A stretch of DNA of 64,000 nt from the sequence record DRR723986_791; one strand, 5' to 3'. Every line of letters begins with the position of its first letter. Within the stretch, counting starts at the first letter, position 1. A model generated the notes under the pieces. It was not told the DNA's origin and ran no database searches. It saw only the letters and a list, made by a program, of their open reading frames with translations. The position numbers and the translations under genes are program-made. Below, one piece after another: positions 41,982 to 52,132 of the stretch.

Positions 41982-42587
41982 CTAGACTTCCACCTGCGAG
42001 CCATTTGAACCGCCGGACGGACGCTTCGGGCGATCGCCACCAGCCTCCGCTCCTTCGATGTCTCCGCCGCGCGAGCGACTCTTGCCACCAGCTCCTCGAC
42101 GTCGCTGCGATCCAGCGTCACCGGCTTTCTGATTTGCGGCTTTCTGATCTCCGTCACGTCCACCACGCATTGCATCCATGCGTCGACGGCGCATCTCTTC
42201 TGGCGACATGCCACCACGCCCCATACCGCCTCGACCATCTCGCATTGCCGCCAGTAGGGCGGTCAACTCGTTCGCATCAAGTTTGCTATCGCCGTCCTTG
42301 TCAAATGTCTCAAGCATACGCGCTGCAACACGAGCTGGGTCCATCTGCTGCATTCCACGACCCTGCCCGCCGCGACCTTCCATTCCGCGACCCTGCCCGC
42401 CGCGACCTGCCTGGCCAGGCCTTTCGCCTGCTTGCCTATCCTGGCCCCGATCTGCGGGCTTTGCATCCCGACCACGTTCACCGGGCCGACCACGTCGCTC
42501 ATCTTGCGAATCGCGTTGGGCAACTGCTGGAGAAACTGTCGCTAAAGTGACGAAAACGCCTAAGAATACGTACAAAACTCGCTTCAT
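41982..42587 (-). CDS. Secreted Arg/Gly-rich EF-hand protein
   Basis: Signal peptide MKRVLY..AVA; EF loop DKDGDSKLDANE; low-complexity RG-rich flanks. Confidence 0.8.
   Translation of the reverse strand: MKRVLYVFLGVFVTLATVSPAVAQRDSQDERRGRPGERGRDAKPADRGQDRQAGERPGQAGRGGQGRGMEGRGGQGRGMQQMDPARVAARMLETFDKDGDSKLDANELTALLAAMRDGRGGMGRGGMSPEEMRRRRMDAMRGGRDGDQKAANQKAGDAGSQRRRGAGGKSRSRGGDIEGAEAGGDRPKRPSGGSNGSQVEV
42351..42410. repeat. 30-bp in-frame tandem repeat encoding GRGGQGRGM
   Basis: cattcc(a/g)cgaccctgcccgccgcgacct(t/g)c twice. Confidence 0.9.
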
Positions 42588-42996
42588 CTTTCCCGTCCTT
42601 TTTATTGGCATCAACTGTCAGCGGGTGCGCAAGTCACCGCGGCTATGAACTAATACGCAAAACGCTCTCTTCACGAGACAGCCCAAACGTAAAAAAGATT
42701 CGAACCAGCTTTTATTGCGAGCCAGGAGTTGATTCGCCAGGAAGCCGCCCCCAACCAGCGGGGCAAAACTTTCTCCGCGAACTTGAAGCTTTGGGATGCT
42801 GTGGGCGATACCTGACGAGTCGCAGTCGGTTTAATTCTAGGTTGCAGATCGCTCGATTGGCCGTTTTTAGTTCAGTGCAATCACAGCACTCCGCCCTCGG
42901 ACGGCCTGTGGATAAATTGGTTCAAGATGCAACGATTCCTATACTCTGACTATCCAGAATGCTCGCTCGAAACCGAACTCTAGACGCGGACACCAT

Positions 42997-43620
42997 ATGA
43001 CCGATCGTGTTGATGAATTCGAACCTGCGATGCGCGGTGGCAACGCAGAAGCCCTTGCGGAAGCTTTCTCTGCGTACCGGGAACGACTCGGACGCATCGT
43101 GTCGTTCCGTCTGGATTACCGACTCGCAGGCCGAATCTCCGAGTCGGACGTCCTCCAAGAAACCTACTTGGCCGCCGTGAAGCGACTTCAGCAGTTCTCC
43201 GAACATGGCGAGATGTCCCCCTTCCTATGGCTGCGATTGCTGATCAACCAACAGCTAACGGATCTGCATCGACGACATGTCGCCGACAAACGCGATGTTC
43301 GCAAAGAGGTTTCCCTCTACCGCCCCGCAACAAGTGCGCAGACAAGCGTTGCGATGGCGGCCAAACTCGTCGGCGGCGCCGCCAACGCAAGTGCCTTGGC
43401 GGAACAAGCTGAGCGAATCGAGCGATTGGAGAAGGTTCTGAATACAATGGACGAGACCGATCGCGAAGTGATCGCTCTACGACACTTTGAAGAACTGACC
43501 AATCTTGAAACTGCCAAAGTTCTCGAGCTTGAGCCCCCAGCGGCAAGCAAACGTTACGTGCGAGCCATGGCGCGTCTTGCTGAACTAATGAAAGAACACT
43601 CAGACTTAGCTGAGGGATAA
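42997..43620 (+). CDS. ECF sigma-70 factor, planctomycete kinase-associated type
   Basis: YRERLGRIV..RL; SESDVLQETYL; FLWLR; DREVIALRHFEELTN.E.A..L; kinase gene follows. Confidence 0.92.
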   Translation: MTDRVDEFEPAMRGGNAEALAEAFSAYRERLGRIVSFRLDYRLAGRISESDVLQETYLAAVKRLQQFSEHGEMSPFLWLRLLINQQLTDLHRRHVADKRDVRKEVSLYRPATSAQTSVAMAAKLVGGAANASALAEQAERIERLEKVLNTMDETDREVIALRHFEELTNLETAKVLELEPPAASKRYVRAMARLAELMKEHSDLAEG

Positions 43621-43674
43621 TACACTGCTAAAGTCCATAGCGCCGCCCCGACAAACTCACGACGACACAATCTG

Positions 43675-46536
43675 ATGGACAAACCGACTCAAGCGAGCAG
43701 CCTAGATGGTGAACAGATCGATGCGATCGCCGAAGAGTTCGCCAGTCGCCTTCGTGAAGGACACGATGTTAGCGTCGACGCCTTTGTAGAACGTTACTGC
43801 GGTGTTGAGCGGGCGGATTGTGACGGCACAAGCCCAGCAGAAGATGCGTCGGTTTCGTCCAGTGCAGAGCAACTGCGTGAAGTCCTCTCGGGCGTTGAAG
43901 TGCTCGAACGGATGAAGCATGCTGGCCAGCCGCAAGCCGCCCCCGATACCGATCGACTGAGTAAGTTAACCGACTACACAATTGTGCGTGAGATCGGTCG
44001 TGGTGGTATGGGAATCGTTTACGAAGCGGTTCACAAATCACTTCACCGAAAGGTTGCGATCAAAGTTCTATCCGCGGCCCGCTTGGCCGACAACCGGCAC
44101 CTGGCCAGATTCCAAACTGAAGCTAGAGCCGCCGCTCGCCTCCGGCATCCAAGTATCGTCCCGGTCTTTGGCGTCGGCAAACTTGAAAGCAGTCAGCAGG
44201 ACACGCACTACTACGTGATGGACTACATCGCTGGAGAGAGCTTGGCAGAACGACTTGCAAGCGACCGCATGTCAGGTGTAGGATCAAGCGACAGCCCTGG
44301 TGCTCCCAAACGTGTAACTCAAGTAGCAGCGGGCACGCCAACTGTTCAAGTTTCAAGCGGCAGCGTGATATCCAAGACGAACCGGGAATCAGACTTCGAA
44401 CTCTCTGATGACTCCGAAGCTCGACGTTACCAAGCGGCGACAACGGCGAACAACACTGCCATCGGTGTCTCTCAACGCAGCCGCTGGGCAGCAGAAATTG
44501 GGGCCAAGATAGCTGGCGCGCTCCACTATGCTCACGGCCAAGGCGTGCTGCATCGCGACATCAAGCCAGGCAACTTCATTCTGGACGAAAAGGGACACAT
44601 TTGGCTGGCCGACTTTGGACTGGCGAAGCTCTCTGAACCAACAACACTCACTCAAACCGGAGACATTATCGGAACGCCGCAGTATATGCCGCCCGAGGCA
44701 CTGGCGGGACACTACGATAAGCAAAGCGAGATTTTTGCCCTTGGCCTGACGCTCTACGAGTGCATCATGCTCCGGCCAGCGTATTCGGGCGAAACAACCA
44801 GCGAGATACTCCAACAAGCAAGCTCGGCAAACATCCAGCCTCTCCGCAGAACAAACAAGCACGTCCACCGTGATTTGGAGACGATTCTGCTGAAGTGTCT
44901 ACACAAAGAACCGCAAGGGCGATATGCAACAGCGGATCAGGTACGTGAAGACTTGCAGCGGTTTCTGGACGGCAAACCGGTTTCTGCCCGTCGCGTTGGA
45001 CCACTGGGAAAACTCGTCCGTTGGTCGCGAAGAGAACCCATTGTCGCGAGTCTTACCGCTGCCAGTTTCCTGCTATTGATTGGCATGACGCTGGCGACCA
45101 GTTACGGCTACTGGCAATCGCAGCAGAACCTTCGTCTTGAACAACAGTCCGCTGCGCAGGTCAAGAACGCGCTAACGGAGAAAACCACCGCACTTGATGC
45201 AGCCAATGTGGCTCAGGCGAGGGCTGAATCGAATTTGCAAGTTGCTCTCCGTGCTTTCGAGAACATCTCAGATCGCATTTCCGCAGCCACGCTTGAATCC
45301 GAAGCCGATTTATTGGGCGAGGTAACTGACACGACGGCGGCGGGAGTAACCGACGAAGATGCCGCCGTTTTAGAATCTTTGCTAAGTTTCTTTGATGAAT
45401 TAGCGACGACCAATAGCACTCAACTGCTCCACGAGTCGGCCGAAGCGGCTCAGCGAGCTGCCATGATTTACGCCAGTTTGGGGAAACTTGCCAAGTCTGC
45501 CGATTCCTACGAAAACGCGGCACAGCGTTTCGATCAACTGCGCAAACAGGGGGACAGCAATGAATTGCGCATCGCTCACGCAAGCTTACTGAACGACTTC
45601 TCTGCCGTTTGCGCCCTTCGTGGAGAAGCCATCGCAGCAATGGAAGCGTTTCAGTCGACGCTTTCCATCCTCGATTCTATCGAAGAAGAAGATCGCAACG
45701 ATGCATCCGAGTTTCAGCGTGCTCGTGCGTATCGGCTGCGGGCTGCCATCCCAGACTTGGGAGGTTCAACGAGCCAGTTGAGGCCCGGCAGGCGACCAGT
45801 GTTTGAACGAATCGCCTCGCAGTCAACGGCTCGCGCGGATTACGCGATTGAAGTTGCCAGCCAGGCAATCAACTTACTCAAGAAACTGCATGCCGAGAAT
45901 ATTGACTCGAGAGTTGTCAGCGCGGAAATGGCGAGAGCCCATCGGACGCGAGCCGACGCGCGAGTCCGTGCTCGGGACCGCGACGCAGCGCAGGAGGATA
46001 TTGCCGCGTCGATTGAGATTTGGGAAGACTTGCTCAGCGACGACCCGCAGTCACAGGCGATCCGGTATGAACTTGCGTCGACATTGGTCAAGGCACGCAA
46101 CTTTGGCATCAGCCCTTTTGCCCAAGCGTTTCGAGCCCACGAACTAACGGTGGAGCTCCTGCGGTCCGCTCCAGACCTACCAAGGTATCTTTCCCTCCGC
46201 GCAACCTCGCTGCAATCCCTCGCTCAAATTGAATTGCGAAACGGCAAACTCACCGCTGCGCGAAGGCACCTAGGGGAAGCCCTCAAGATTTACACAAAAC
46301 TGCATCTCGATTCACCCGAAATTTCCGCATACGCCCTGAAACGCTCCGCAATTTTGGAGGCCCAGGGTGATCTTGAATCGCGGGCTGGCAATCCAGAAGC
46401 GGCTGACGAAATGTATGCTGAAGCAATCAATGAGCTTCGGCGATCGATCGATTCCAACCAGTCCGGAGCTTCCTTGCTGCGTATTGAACTGCAACGCTTG
46501 CTGCGTAAGCGTGACCGACGCGACTTGAAAAACTAG
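43675..46536 (+). CDS. Hanks-type Ser/Thr protein kinase with TM and TPR-like C-terminus
   Basis: IGRGGMGIVY, VAIK, HRDIKPGN, DFG, GTPQYMPPE; one TM; helical repeats. Confidence 0.93.
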   Translation: MDKPTQASSLDGEQIDAIAEEFASRLREGHDVSVDAFVERYCGVERADCDGTSPAEDASVSSSAEQLREVLSGVEVLERMKHAGQPQAAPDTDRLSKLTDYTIVREIGRGGMGIVYEAVHKSLHRKVAIKVLSAARLADNRHLARFQTEARAAARLRHPSIVPVFGVGKLESSQQDTHYYVMDYIAGESLAERLASDRMSGVGSSDSPGAPKRVTQVAAGTPTVQVSSGSVISKTNRESDFELSDDSEARRYQAATTANNTAIGVSQRSRWAAEIGAKIAGALHYAHGQGVLHRDIKPGNFILDEKGHIWLADFGLAKLSEPTTLTQTGDIIGTPQYMPPEALAGHYDKQSEIFALGLTLYECIMLRPAYSGETTSEILQQASSANIQPLRRTNKHVHRDLETILLKCLHKEPQGRYATADQVREDLQRFLDGKPVSARRVGPLGKLVRWSRREPIVASLTAASFLLLIGMTLATSYGYWQSQQNLRLEQQSAAQVKNALTEKTTALDAANVAQARAESNLQVALRAFENISDRISAATLESEADLLGEVTDTTAAGVTDEDAAVLESLLSFFDELATTNSTQLLHESAEAAQRAAMIYASLGKLAKSADSYENAAQRFDQLRKQGDSNELRIAHASLLNDFSAVCALRGEAIAAMEAFQSTLSILDSIEEEDRNDASEFQRARAYRLRAAIPDLGGSTSQLRPGRRPVFERIASQSTARADYAIEVASQAINLLKKLHAENIDSRVVSAEMARAHRTRADARVRARDRDAAQEDIAASIEIWEDLLSDDPQSQAIRYELASTLVKARNFGISPFAQAFRAHELTVELLRSAPDLPRYLSLRATSLQSLAQIELRNGKLTAARRHLGEALKIYTKLHLDSPEISAYALKRSAILEAQGDLESRAGNPEAADEMYAEAINELRRSIDSNQSGASLLRIELQRLLRKRDRRDLKN

Positions 46537-46711
46537 TTTTTTGCACCGCTGTTGGCGTAAGGATTTCAAATCGACGACGTCCCCACTGCCACCAGTCATT
46601 CTCAGCGTTCTCTGTGCAAAGTCGAACGAAGCCTCTGGACGAATCGCACCCTTCGTGCGAACAATGGCTTCACATCCGCCTGATTGATCCTTTCAAATTT
46701 GAGCATTCCCG

Positions 46712-48640
46712 ATGTCGAGCCAGACCAGTAAACAACGCTACCAAGAGTATCTGGGACAGGTCCGCGAGCGGCGTAGCGAATCTAAGCAGAAGGGTGATGC
46801 GTTAAGCAAGGATGGCAAGCAACGCGGATTTTGGCAGTTGCTAAGCTTGTTCTGGGGTCAAATTGGCGAGCACAAAGGCAAAGTTACTTTTGCCCTGGCG
46901 ACGCTAACGTTCTCAACACTGCTGGGACTTGTCCCGCCAGCGGGAACGAAGTTCGCAATTGACTACGTCCTTACGTCGCCGCCGCTGGAAATGCCAACTT
47001 GGCTGTCGAACCTGCTACCAGAGAATACCTCCCGCATGGGATTGCTCTGGTACATTTCAGCGTTCGTCGTTGGCGTGACGGTGCTCAAAACAGTGGTTCA
47101 TCTTTGGGGACGTTGGTTTGCCACCAAGGCGGTCAACCTTGTCGGCGCGAACATTCGCCGCCGCGTCTTTGAGCATGCCATGCGATTGCCGCTGAATCGA
47201 ATCCAAGACCTAAAAAGCGGCGGTACGACCAGCCTGATCCGCGAAGACGCCGGCGGCATTGCAGACTTGATTTTCAACATGCTCTACAACCCGTGGCAGG
47301 CGATTATCCAATTGGTTGGCAGCCTAATCGTGCTGGTTCTTGTTGATTGGCGACTCATGATCGGCGGCCTTTTGCTGTTGCCAGCCGTTTGGATCACGCA
47401 CCGCACCTGGATTCGACGTGTTCGCCCGCTATACAAAGACATTCGCTCACGACGCCAAGGCATTGACGCATCGACGACGGAAACGTTTGGCGGCATCAGA
47501 ATTGTCCGTACTTTTGCGAGAAATCGGACCGAGTCGGGACGGTTCACGCGCGGCACGCACCTACTTGCCAGACAACAACTCATGGTCTGGTGGTCGACTC
47601 GCATTATCGAAGTTATCTGGGAAGTGCTGATCCCCCTCGCCTCGACAGGTTTGCTGCTCTACGGCGGATGGCAGATCTTGAATCAGGACCTGACACTGGG
47701 TGATCTGATGATGTTCTTAGTTTACCTGACGATGCTCCTAGGGCCGATTGCTGCCATAGCATCCAGTGCAATGTCATTCCAAAACAACCTTGCTGGACTA
47801 GACCGCGTCCTCGATATTTTAGAAGAAGAGACTGAAGACGCTCGAAGTGCTGGGCAGATTGAACTAGACCGGCAATCGGTCGGCGGAGCCATAGAATTCG
47901 AATCAGTTTCGTTTCAGTATCCAGGTGCATCGCAATATGTCTTGCGGGATGTCAGCTTCAGCGCACCGGCAGGTTGCACAATTGCGCTCGTTGGCCGTAG
48001 CGGTGCGGGCAAAACAACCCTTTGCAACTTAGTGGCACGGTTCTTTGATCCAACAGCCGGTCGCATCACGATCGATGGTCAATCGATCGACGAAGTGGAC
48101 CTGCATTCCTATCGCAAGCTCCTCGGTGTCGTGGAGCAAGACGTGTTTCTGTTCGACGGTACGATTCGCGACAACATCGCTTATGGACGACGCAGTGCGA
48201 CGGACGATGAAATTGCCGCGGCCGCACAGGCTGCTGCTGCGTTTGAATTCGTATCCGCCATGCCCAACGGCTTTGACACGTGGATCGGCGAACGCGGCGT
48301 AAAACTCAGTGGAGGACAGCGTCAAAGGCTGGCTATCGCACGAGCCATCTTGGCTGATCCGCGAATCTTGATTCTTGACGAAGCAACGAGCAATCTGGAT
48401 AGCGAGAGCGAACGCCTGATTCAACAGTCTTTGAGTCAGTTACTTGAGAACCGAACCGCTTTTGTAATCGCTCACCGGTTGAGCACGATTGCGCACGCGG
48501 ATTTGATTTTGGTGCTAGATGATGGAAAGATCGTAGAACAAGGCACGCACCAGGAACTGCTTGCCGAAGGCGGAATCTATCAAAAGATGGTCCTTCTGCA
48601 GACGACCAATCCAAACACTGAACCTCAAACCGCGCAGTAG
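46712..48640 (+). CDS. ABC exporter, fused permease/ATPase (MsbA/Sav1866-like)
   Basis: TM domain; GRSGAGKTT; LSGGQRQR; ILDEATS; IAHRLSTI. Confidence 0.95.
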   Translation: MSSQTSKQRYQEYLGQVRERRSESKQKGDALSKDGKQRGFWQLLSLFWGQIGEHKGKVTFALATLTFSTLLGLVPPAGTKFAIDYVLTSPPLEMPTWLSNLLPENTSRMGLLWYISAFVVGVTVLKTVVHLWGRWFATKAVNLVGANIRRRVFEHAMRLPLNRIQDLKSGGTTSLIREDAGGIADLIFNMLYNPWQAIIQLVGSLIVLVLVDWRLMIGGLLLLPAVWITHRTWIRRVRPLYKDIRSRRQGIDASTTETFGGIRIVRTFARNRTESGRFTRGTHLLARQQLMVWWSTRIIEVIWEVLIPLASTGLLLYGGWQILNQDLTLGDLMMFLVYLTMLLGPIAAIASSAMSFQNNLAGLDRVLDILEEETEDARSAGQIELDRQSVGGAIEFESVSFQYPGASQYVLRDVSFSAPAGCTIALVGRSGAGKTTLCNLVARFFDPTAGRITIDGQSIDEVDLHSYRKLLGVVEQDVFLFDGTIRDNIAYGRRSATDDEIAAAAQAAAAFEFVSAMPNGFDTWIGERGVKLSGGQRQRLAIARAILADPRILILDEATSNLDSESERLIQQSLSQLLENRTAFVIAHRLSTIAHADLILVLDDGKIVEQGTHQELLAEGGIYQKMVLLQTTNPNTEPQTAQ

Positions 48641-48654
48641 GTTTAGCAAGACCG

Positions 48655-49281
48655 CTAGCGTTGGACGCCAGCGACGATTGGGACCAAGAAATTTCCCGCC
48701 AGCACAATTAGGCTCATCCAGGCGGCCATCGCAATCGGCGGGTGGCCAGAGAGTCGCACGAATGTCTTTAGGCCGATGATCGCAGGTCGCAGAATCGCGC
48801 CTACCACAACTCCGCAGGCGATATCGAACAGCACCAGCCCTTTTACAGGCTCTTGAAACCAGAGTATTGCTCCCAGGATAGATAAGCCGCCTACCACACC
48901 GCTGCAGAGACTGCCGAGCACGATCGACCCCGGCCACTGTAGTGCTCCCAATCCACCGCACAATGCGGCCAGAAGCCCCCAGCCGTAAACGACAGACTCA
49001 CTTGGCAGACGCCCGCCCGCCACAGCCAGGAACACAAGAACACTCGTCAGCACCGGCCAGTAGACTGAATCGTGTAAATCCCTGCTGATCAACATGCACA
49101 CCACGGCCGCAGCAGTAGCCATTAGCAAGTACACCATCAGATGTGTCACAGCATTGCCCGTGGCGGAAGAATCTCCCAGCGATCGAGCATATGCGAGCAG
49201 TAATGCGATCGCGGTCGTTAGCACAAGAATCGTGGAAAGGCCGAATTGGTTCTGAGTCTTTGGTTCGGAAGCTTCCAACAT
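48655..49281 (-). CDS. Hypothetical polytopic membrane protein
   Basis: About 7 hydrophobic segments; QFGLSTILVLTT start motif common in planctomycete membrane proteins; start approximate. Confidence 0.75.
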   Translation of the reverse strand: MLEASEPKTQNQFGLSTILVLTTAIALLLAYARSLGDSSATGNAVTHLMVYLLMATAAAVVCMLISRDLHDSVYWPVLTSVLVFLAVAGGRLPSESVVYGWGLLAALCGGLGALQWPGSIVLGSLCSGVVGGLSILGAILWFQEPVKGLVLFDIACGVVVGAILRPAIIGLKTFVRLSGHPPIAMAAWMSLIVLAGNFLVPIVAGVQR

Positions 49282-49665
49282 CGTCACTTTTCCCGTCTTG
49301 CTACTGAACGACTCGATTGCTGAACGGCTCGATTGCTGTGCGACGTTACTACCGAGTGACTTTGGCTTGGCTGAAACCGCTTGCACGGCTCACGGACAGG
49401 CGGCCTTGCGTCTTTTCTGGTGGAACAGACCAACTTGCGGGAACCCAACGCCAGGCACAACTGTCTAAACGTCAGCACTGCGTGGAAACCGCAAATCGCG
49501 GTGCCGACAGACTCGGCCCGGAATTGCGTGCCTCAAATCGCCCTTACTGGGCGCCTTGGGAGCCGAATTTGCCAGTGCAATTTCTCGCCCCCTCCAGCTT
49601 ACCAACCCCACATGCCTGGCTGAATTGACGATGCTCGAAAACTGAGAAAAAGAGTTTTCCGCGCC

Positions 49666-49692
49666 TCAATTCACGGCCATTTTTGCCGAATA
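49666..49692 (+). promoter_or_regulatory. Putative sigma28 (FliA-type) promoter
   Basis: TCAA-N15-GCCGAATA compared with consensus TAAA-N15-GCCGATAA. Confidence 0.5.
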
Positions 49693-49848
49693 GTAGTAAC
49701 GGCACCGCTGGCAACTGCGTACCCCGTTTTGCTACGCGAGTTTTCCGCGGACCAGCCTGCCATCGCCGCCTACTGATAATACAACAGCAGAGTTCCTTGA
49801 CGACGAACGACTCTGCTCCTCAGCATTGCCTAACGAAACTGTAATTCG

Positions 49849-50430
49849 ATGACTTCCGCTTCCACGCTACCTTCGAAATCCACTCTGAAGCCGATTGGCG
49901 CGAATCTTCGCGGCCAAGAGGGGCTGGGTTTCGACTACGCGCTGCTGGGAGTCAAGCCGCGAGAAAACCGAACAGCCTACATCCGGCGGGCAGCATCGAA
50001 GACAGCATTGCGAATCCGTGAAACTGAGTCGGTCTCACAGGCTGAAAAAGTTCACTTGCTAGGCGAGTTGGCCACAAGCACTTACCGTTTGCTAGACCCA
50101 CGCCGTCGCACGCGGTTGCTCGACCGTGTCCAGCTATCGATTTTCTCAGAACAGGATTTCGATCTGCAGAAACGATCCGAACGGACGCCATTTCGAACCG
50201 TCATCATGGCCGAACGAAACACGTCGCGGCTCACGACTGCAGTTTCGAAAGCCAAGACGTCTTCGGCGAATGGCACTCCGGAACCAGCTCGCGCGAAGTC
50301 GATCGATTCGAAGCGGCGCGACAATGTTGCAGCCACAATTTCGAAAGCGGGCCCTGCAACGGCTGTGACGCTAGCTTGGATCATGGTTGGAGTCGCCGTA
50401 TCCGGCCTCTTGGCTGCTGGGGCCTTGTAA
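49849..50430 (+). CDS. Degenerate J-domain-like protein with C-terminal TM anchor
   Basis: DYALLGV..IRRAA....YRLLDPRRR pattern without HPD; C-terminal hydrophobic helix. Confidence 0.6.
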   Translation: MTSASTLPSKSTLKPIGANLRGQEGLGFDYALLGVKPRENRTAYIRRAASKTALRIRETESVSQAEKVHLLGELATSTYRLLDPRRRTRLLDRVQLSIFSEQDFDLQKRSERTPFRTVIMAERNTSRLTTAVSKAKTSSANGTPEPARAKSIDSKRRDNVAATISKAGPATAVTLAWIMVGVAVSGLLAAGAL

Positions 50431-50663
50431 GCCTGGTCGGCCAAGCTCCTTCTACCGACTAGGGTGGAAGATTCCGATTTCTTCCGTTTCGCGTTTTCGC
50501 TGTGCCGCAGCGGGCACCACTGCACTCGCCGCGAATCTATAATCCGCAGGAACGGCTTCTCTGTCGGCTACCCAAACTCCGCGTGCCTTCGCGGTTCTGC
50601 CGCCCGACTGATTGACGTGAAGCCCACTGAAATCGCAAAACAAACCATTGCCCTAGAGATACC

Positions 50664-52085
50664 ATGAGCACTCCTGTGTCCACGCGACCAAGCACTTTAG
50701 CAGAGCTTCGCGAAAGCGACTGGAAATCAAAGTCCGTCAAGGAAGAGATCCGCCAAAATTTCACAAAGAAGCTTGCTGAAGGTGACGCGCTTTATCCAGG
50801 AATTGTTGGCTACGAAGACACCGTTATTCCCGAGATCAACATTGCGCTGCTTGCTGGCCACGACATCCTGTTTCTAGGAGAGAAGGGACAGGCGAAAAGC
50901 CGACTGATGCGCTCTCTGGTGCAATTCCTCGATGATGCAATCCCTTATCTAGATATCCCCGGAGTCCCGGTTCACGAAGACCCTTTCAACCCAATTACGG
51001 GTATCGCCAAGAAGTTCTTGAGCGAACGCGATGAAAAAGATGTCCCAATTCGATGGTGGGCACGTGAGGACAGGTATGCCGAACGGCTCAGCCCAGGAAC
51101 TAAGTTTGCGGACATCATTGGCGAAATCGACCCGTCCAAACTGACCGGCGGTGTCAGTATGAGCGCCGAAGAAGCACTGCACTTTGGATTGATCCCACGG
51201 ATGCACCGGGGCATATTCGCGATGAATGAGCTACCGGAGCTGGACGAACTGGTCCAAGTCGGTCTGTTCAATATCTTGGAAGAGCGCGACGTTCAGATTC
51301 GTGGTTTTCCGATTCAATTCGACCTAGATATCTTCATTCTCTTCTCGGCCAACCCCAGCACCTACAACCGAAGCGGCAAAGTCATTCCGCAACTGAAGGA
51401 CCGCATTGGCTCGATTGTGCAGACCCACTACCCGCGCGATCGTTCGCTGGGTATTGAGATCATGCAGCAGGAAGCCGATGTCGACTTGGACGGTGATTTC
51501 CCGGTGATCGTGCCGTACTTCATGGCTGAGATCATTGAAGAGATTACAGAGCGAGCGCGAAGCAGCAAATACATCGATCAAGACTCAGGTGTTTCAGCTC
51601 GTTTCAGTTTGTCCAACTACCGTGCTATGGTTGCCAGCGCGCGACAGCGTGCGATCGTGCACAACGAATCGCCTGCGGTCCCGCGAATCAGCGACCTCGG
51701 CCACCTGTATGCGTCGAGCCTCGGGAAACTCGAACTCGACCTGATGGGTAGCCATCAGATGTCGGAAAAGCAGGTGCTTGATTCCCTAATTGCGGAAGCC
51801 ATCAAGAGCGTCTTTACGCAATACGTGGAAGAGCACGGCCTGGGGCAGATCGCAGAGGTCTTCAAGACAGGCGTTCGCATCGAAGTCGGCGACATGCTGC
51901 CAAGCAGCGCCTACGCTGAAAGGCTAAGCGCCGTTCCATCGGCCTGGGAAAAAGCATTCGAAGTCAATGCGGCCGAAAGTGATACCGTTCGCGCGTCCTG
52001 TGTCGAATTCGTGCTCGCCGGTCTTTACGCTCTAGAACGAATCAGTCGTGCCAGCGAATTTGGTAAGGTTCGTTACGAAACCTAA
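50664..52085 (+). CDS. Magnesium-chelatase-subunit-like AAA+ ATPase (Rv0958-like)
   Basis: [47 protein letters not shown]. Confidence 0.85.
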   Translation: MSTPVSTRPSTLAELRESDWKSKSVKEEIRQNFTKKLAEGDALYPGIVGYEDTVIPEINIALLAGHDILFLGEKGQAKSRLMRSLVQFLDDAIPYLDIPGVPVHEDPFNPITGIAKKFLSERDEKDVPIRWWAREDRYAERLSPGTKFADIIGEIDPSKLTGGVSMSAEEALHFGLIPRMHRGIFAMNELPELDELVQVGLFNILEERDVQIRGFPIQFDLDIFILFSANPSTYNRSGKVIPQLKDRIGSIVQTHYPRDRSLGIEIMQQEADVDLDGDFPVIVPYFMAEIIEEITERARSSKYIDQDSGVSARFSLSNYRAMVASARQRAIVHNESPAVPRISDLGHLYASSLGKLELDLMGSHQMSEKQVLDSLIAEAIKSVFTQYVEEHGLGQIAEVFKTGVRIEVGDMLPSSAYAERLSAVPSAWEKAFEVNAAESDTVRASCVEFVLAGLYALERISRASEFGKVRYET

Positions 52086-52132
52086 GATAGCCCGACTTAC
52101 AGAACAACGTTGGCTGCTTCAGGAGGCACACG

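Noticed and set aside
50664-52085. Evidence for (bacterio)chlorophyll synthesis
   Set aside because: Chelatase-like AAA only, paired with a VWA protein; no photosynthesis genes
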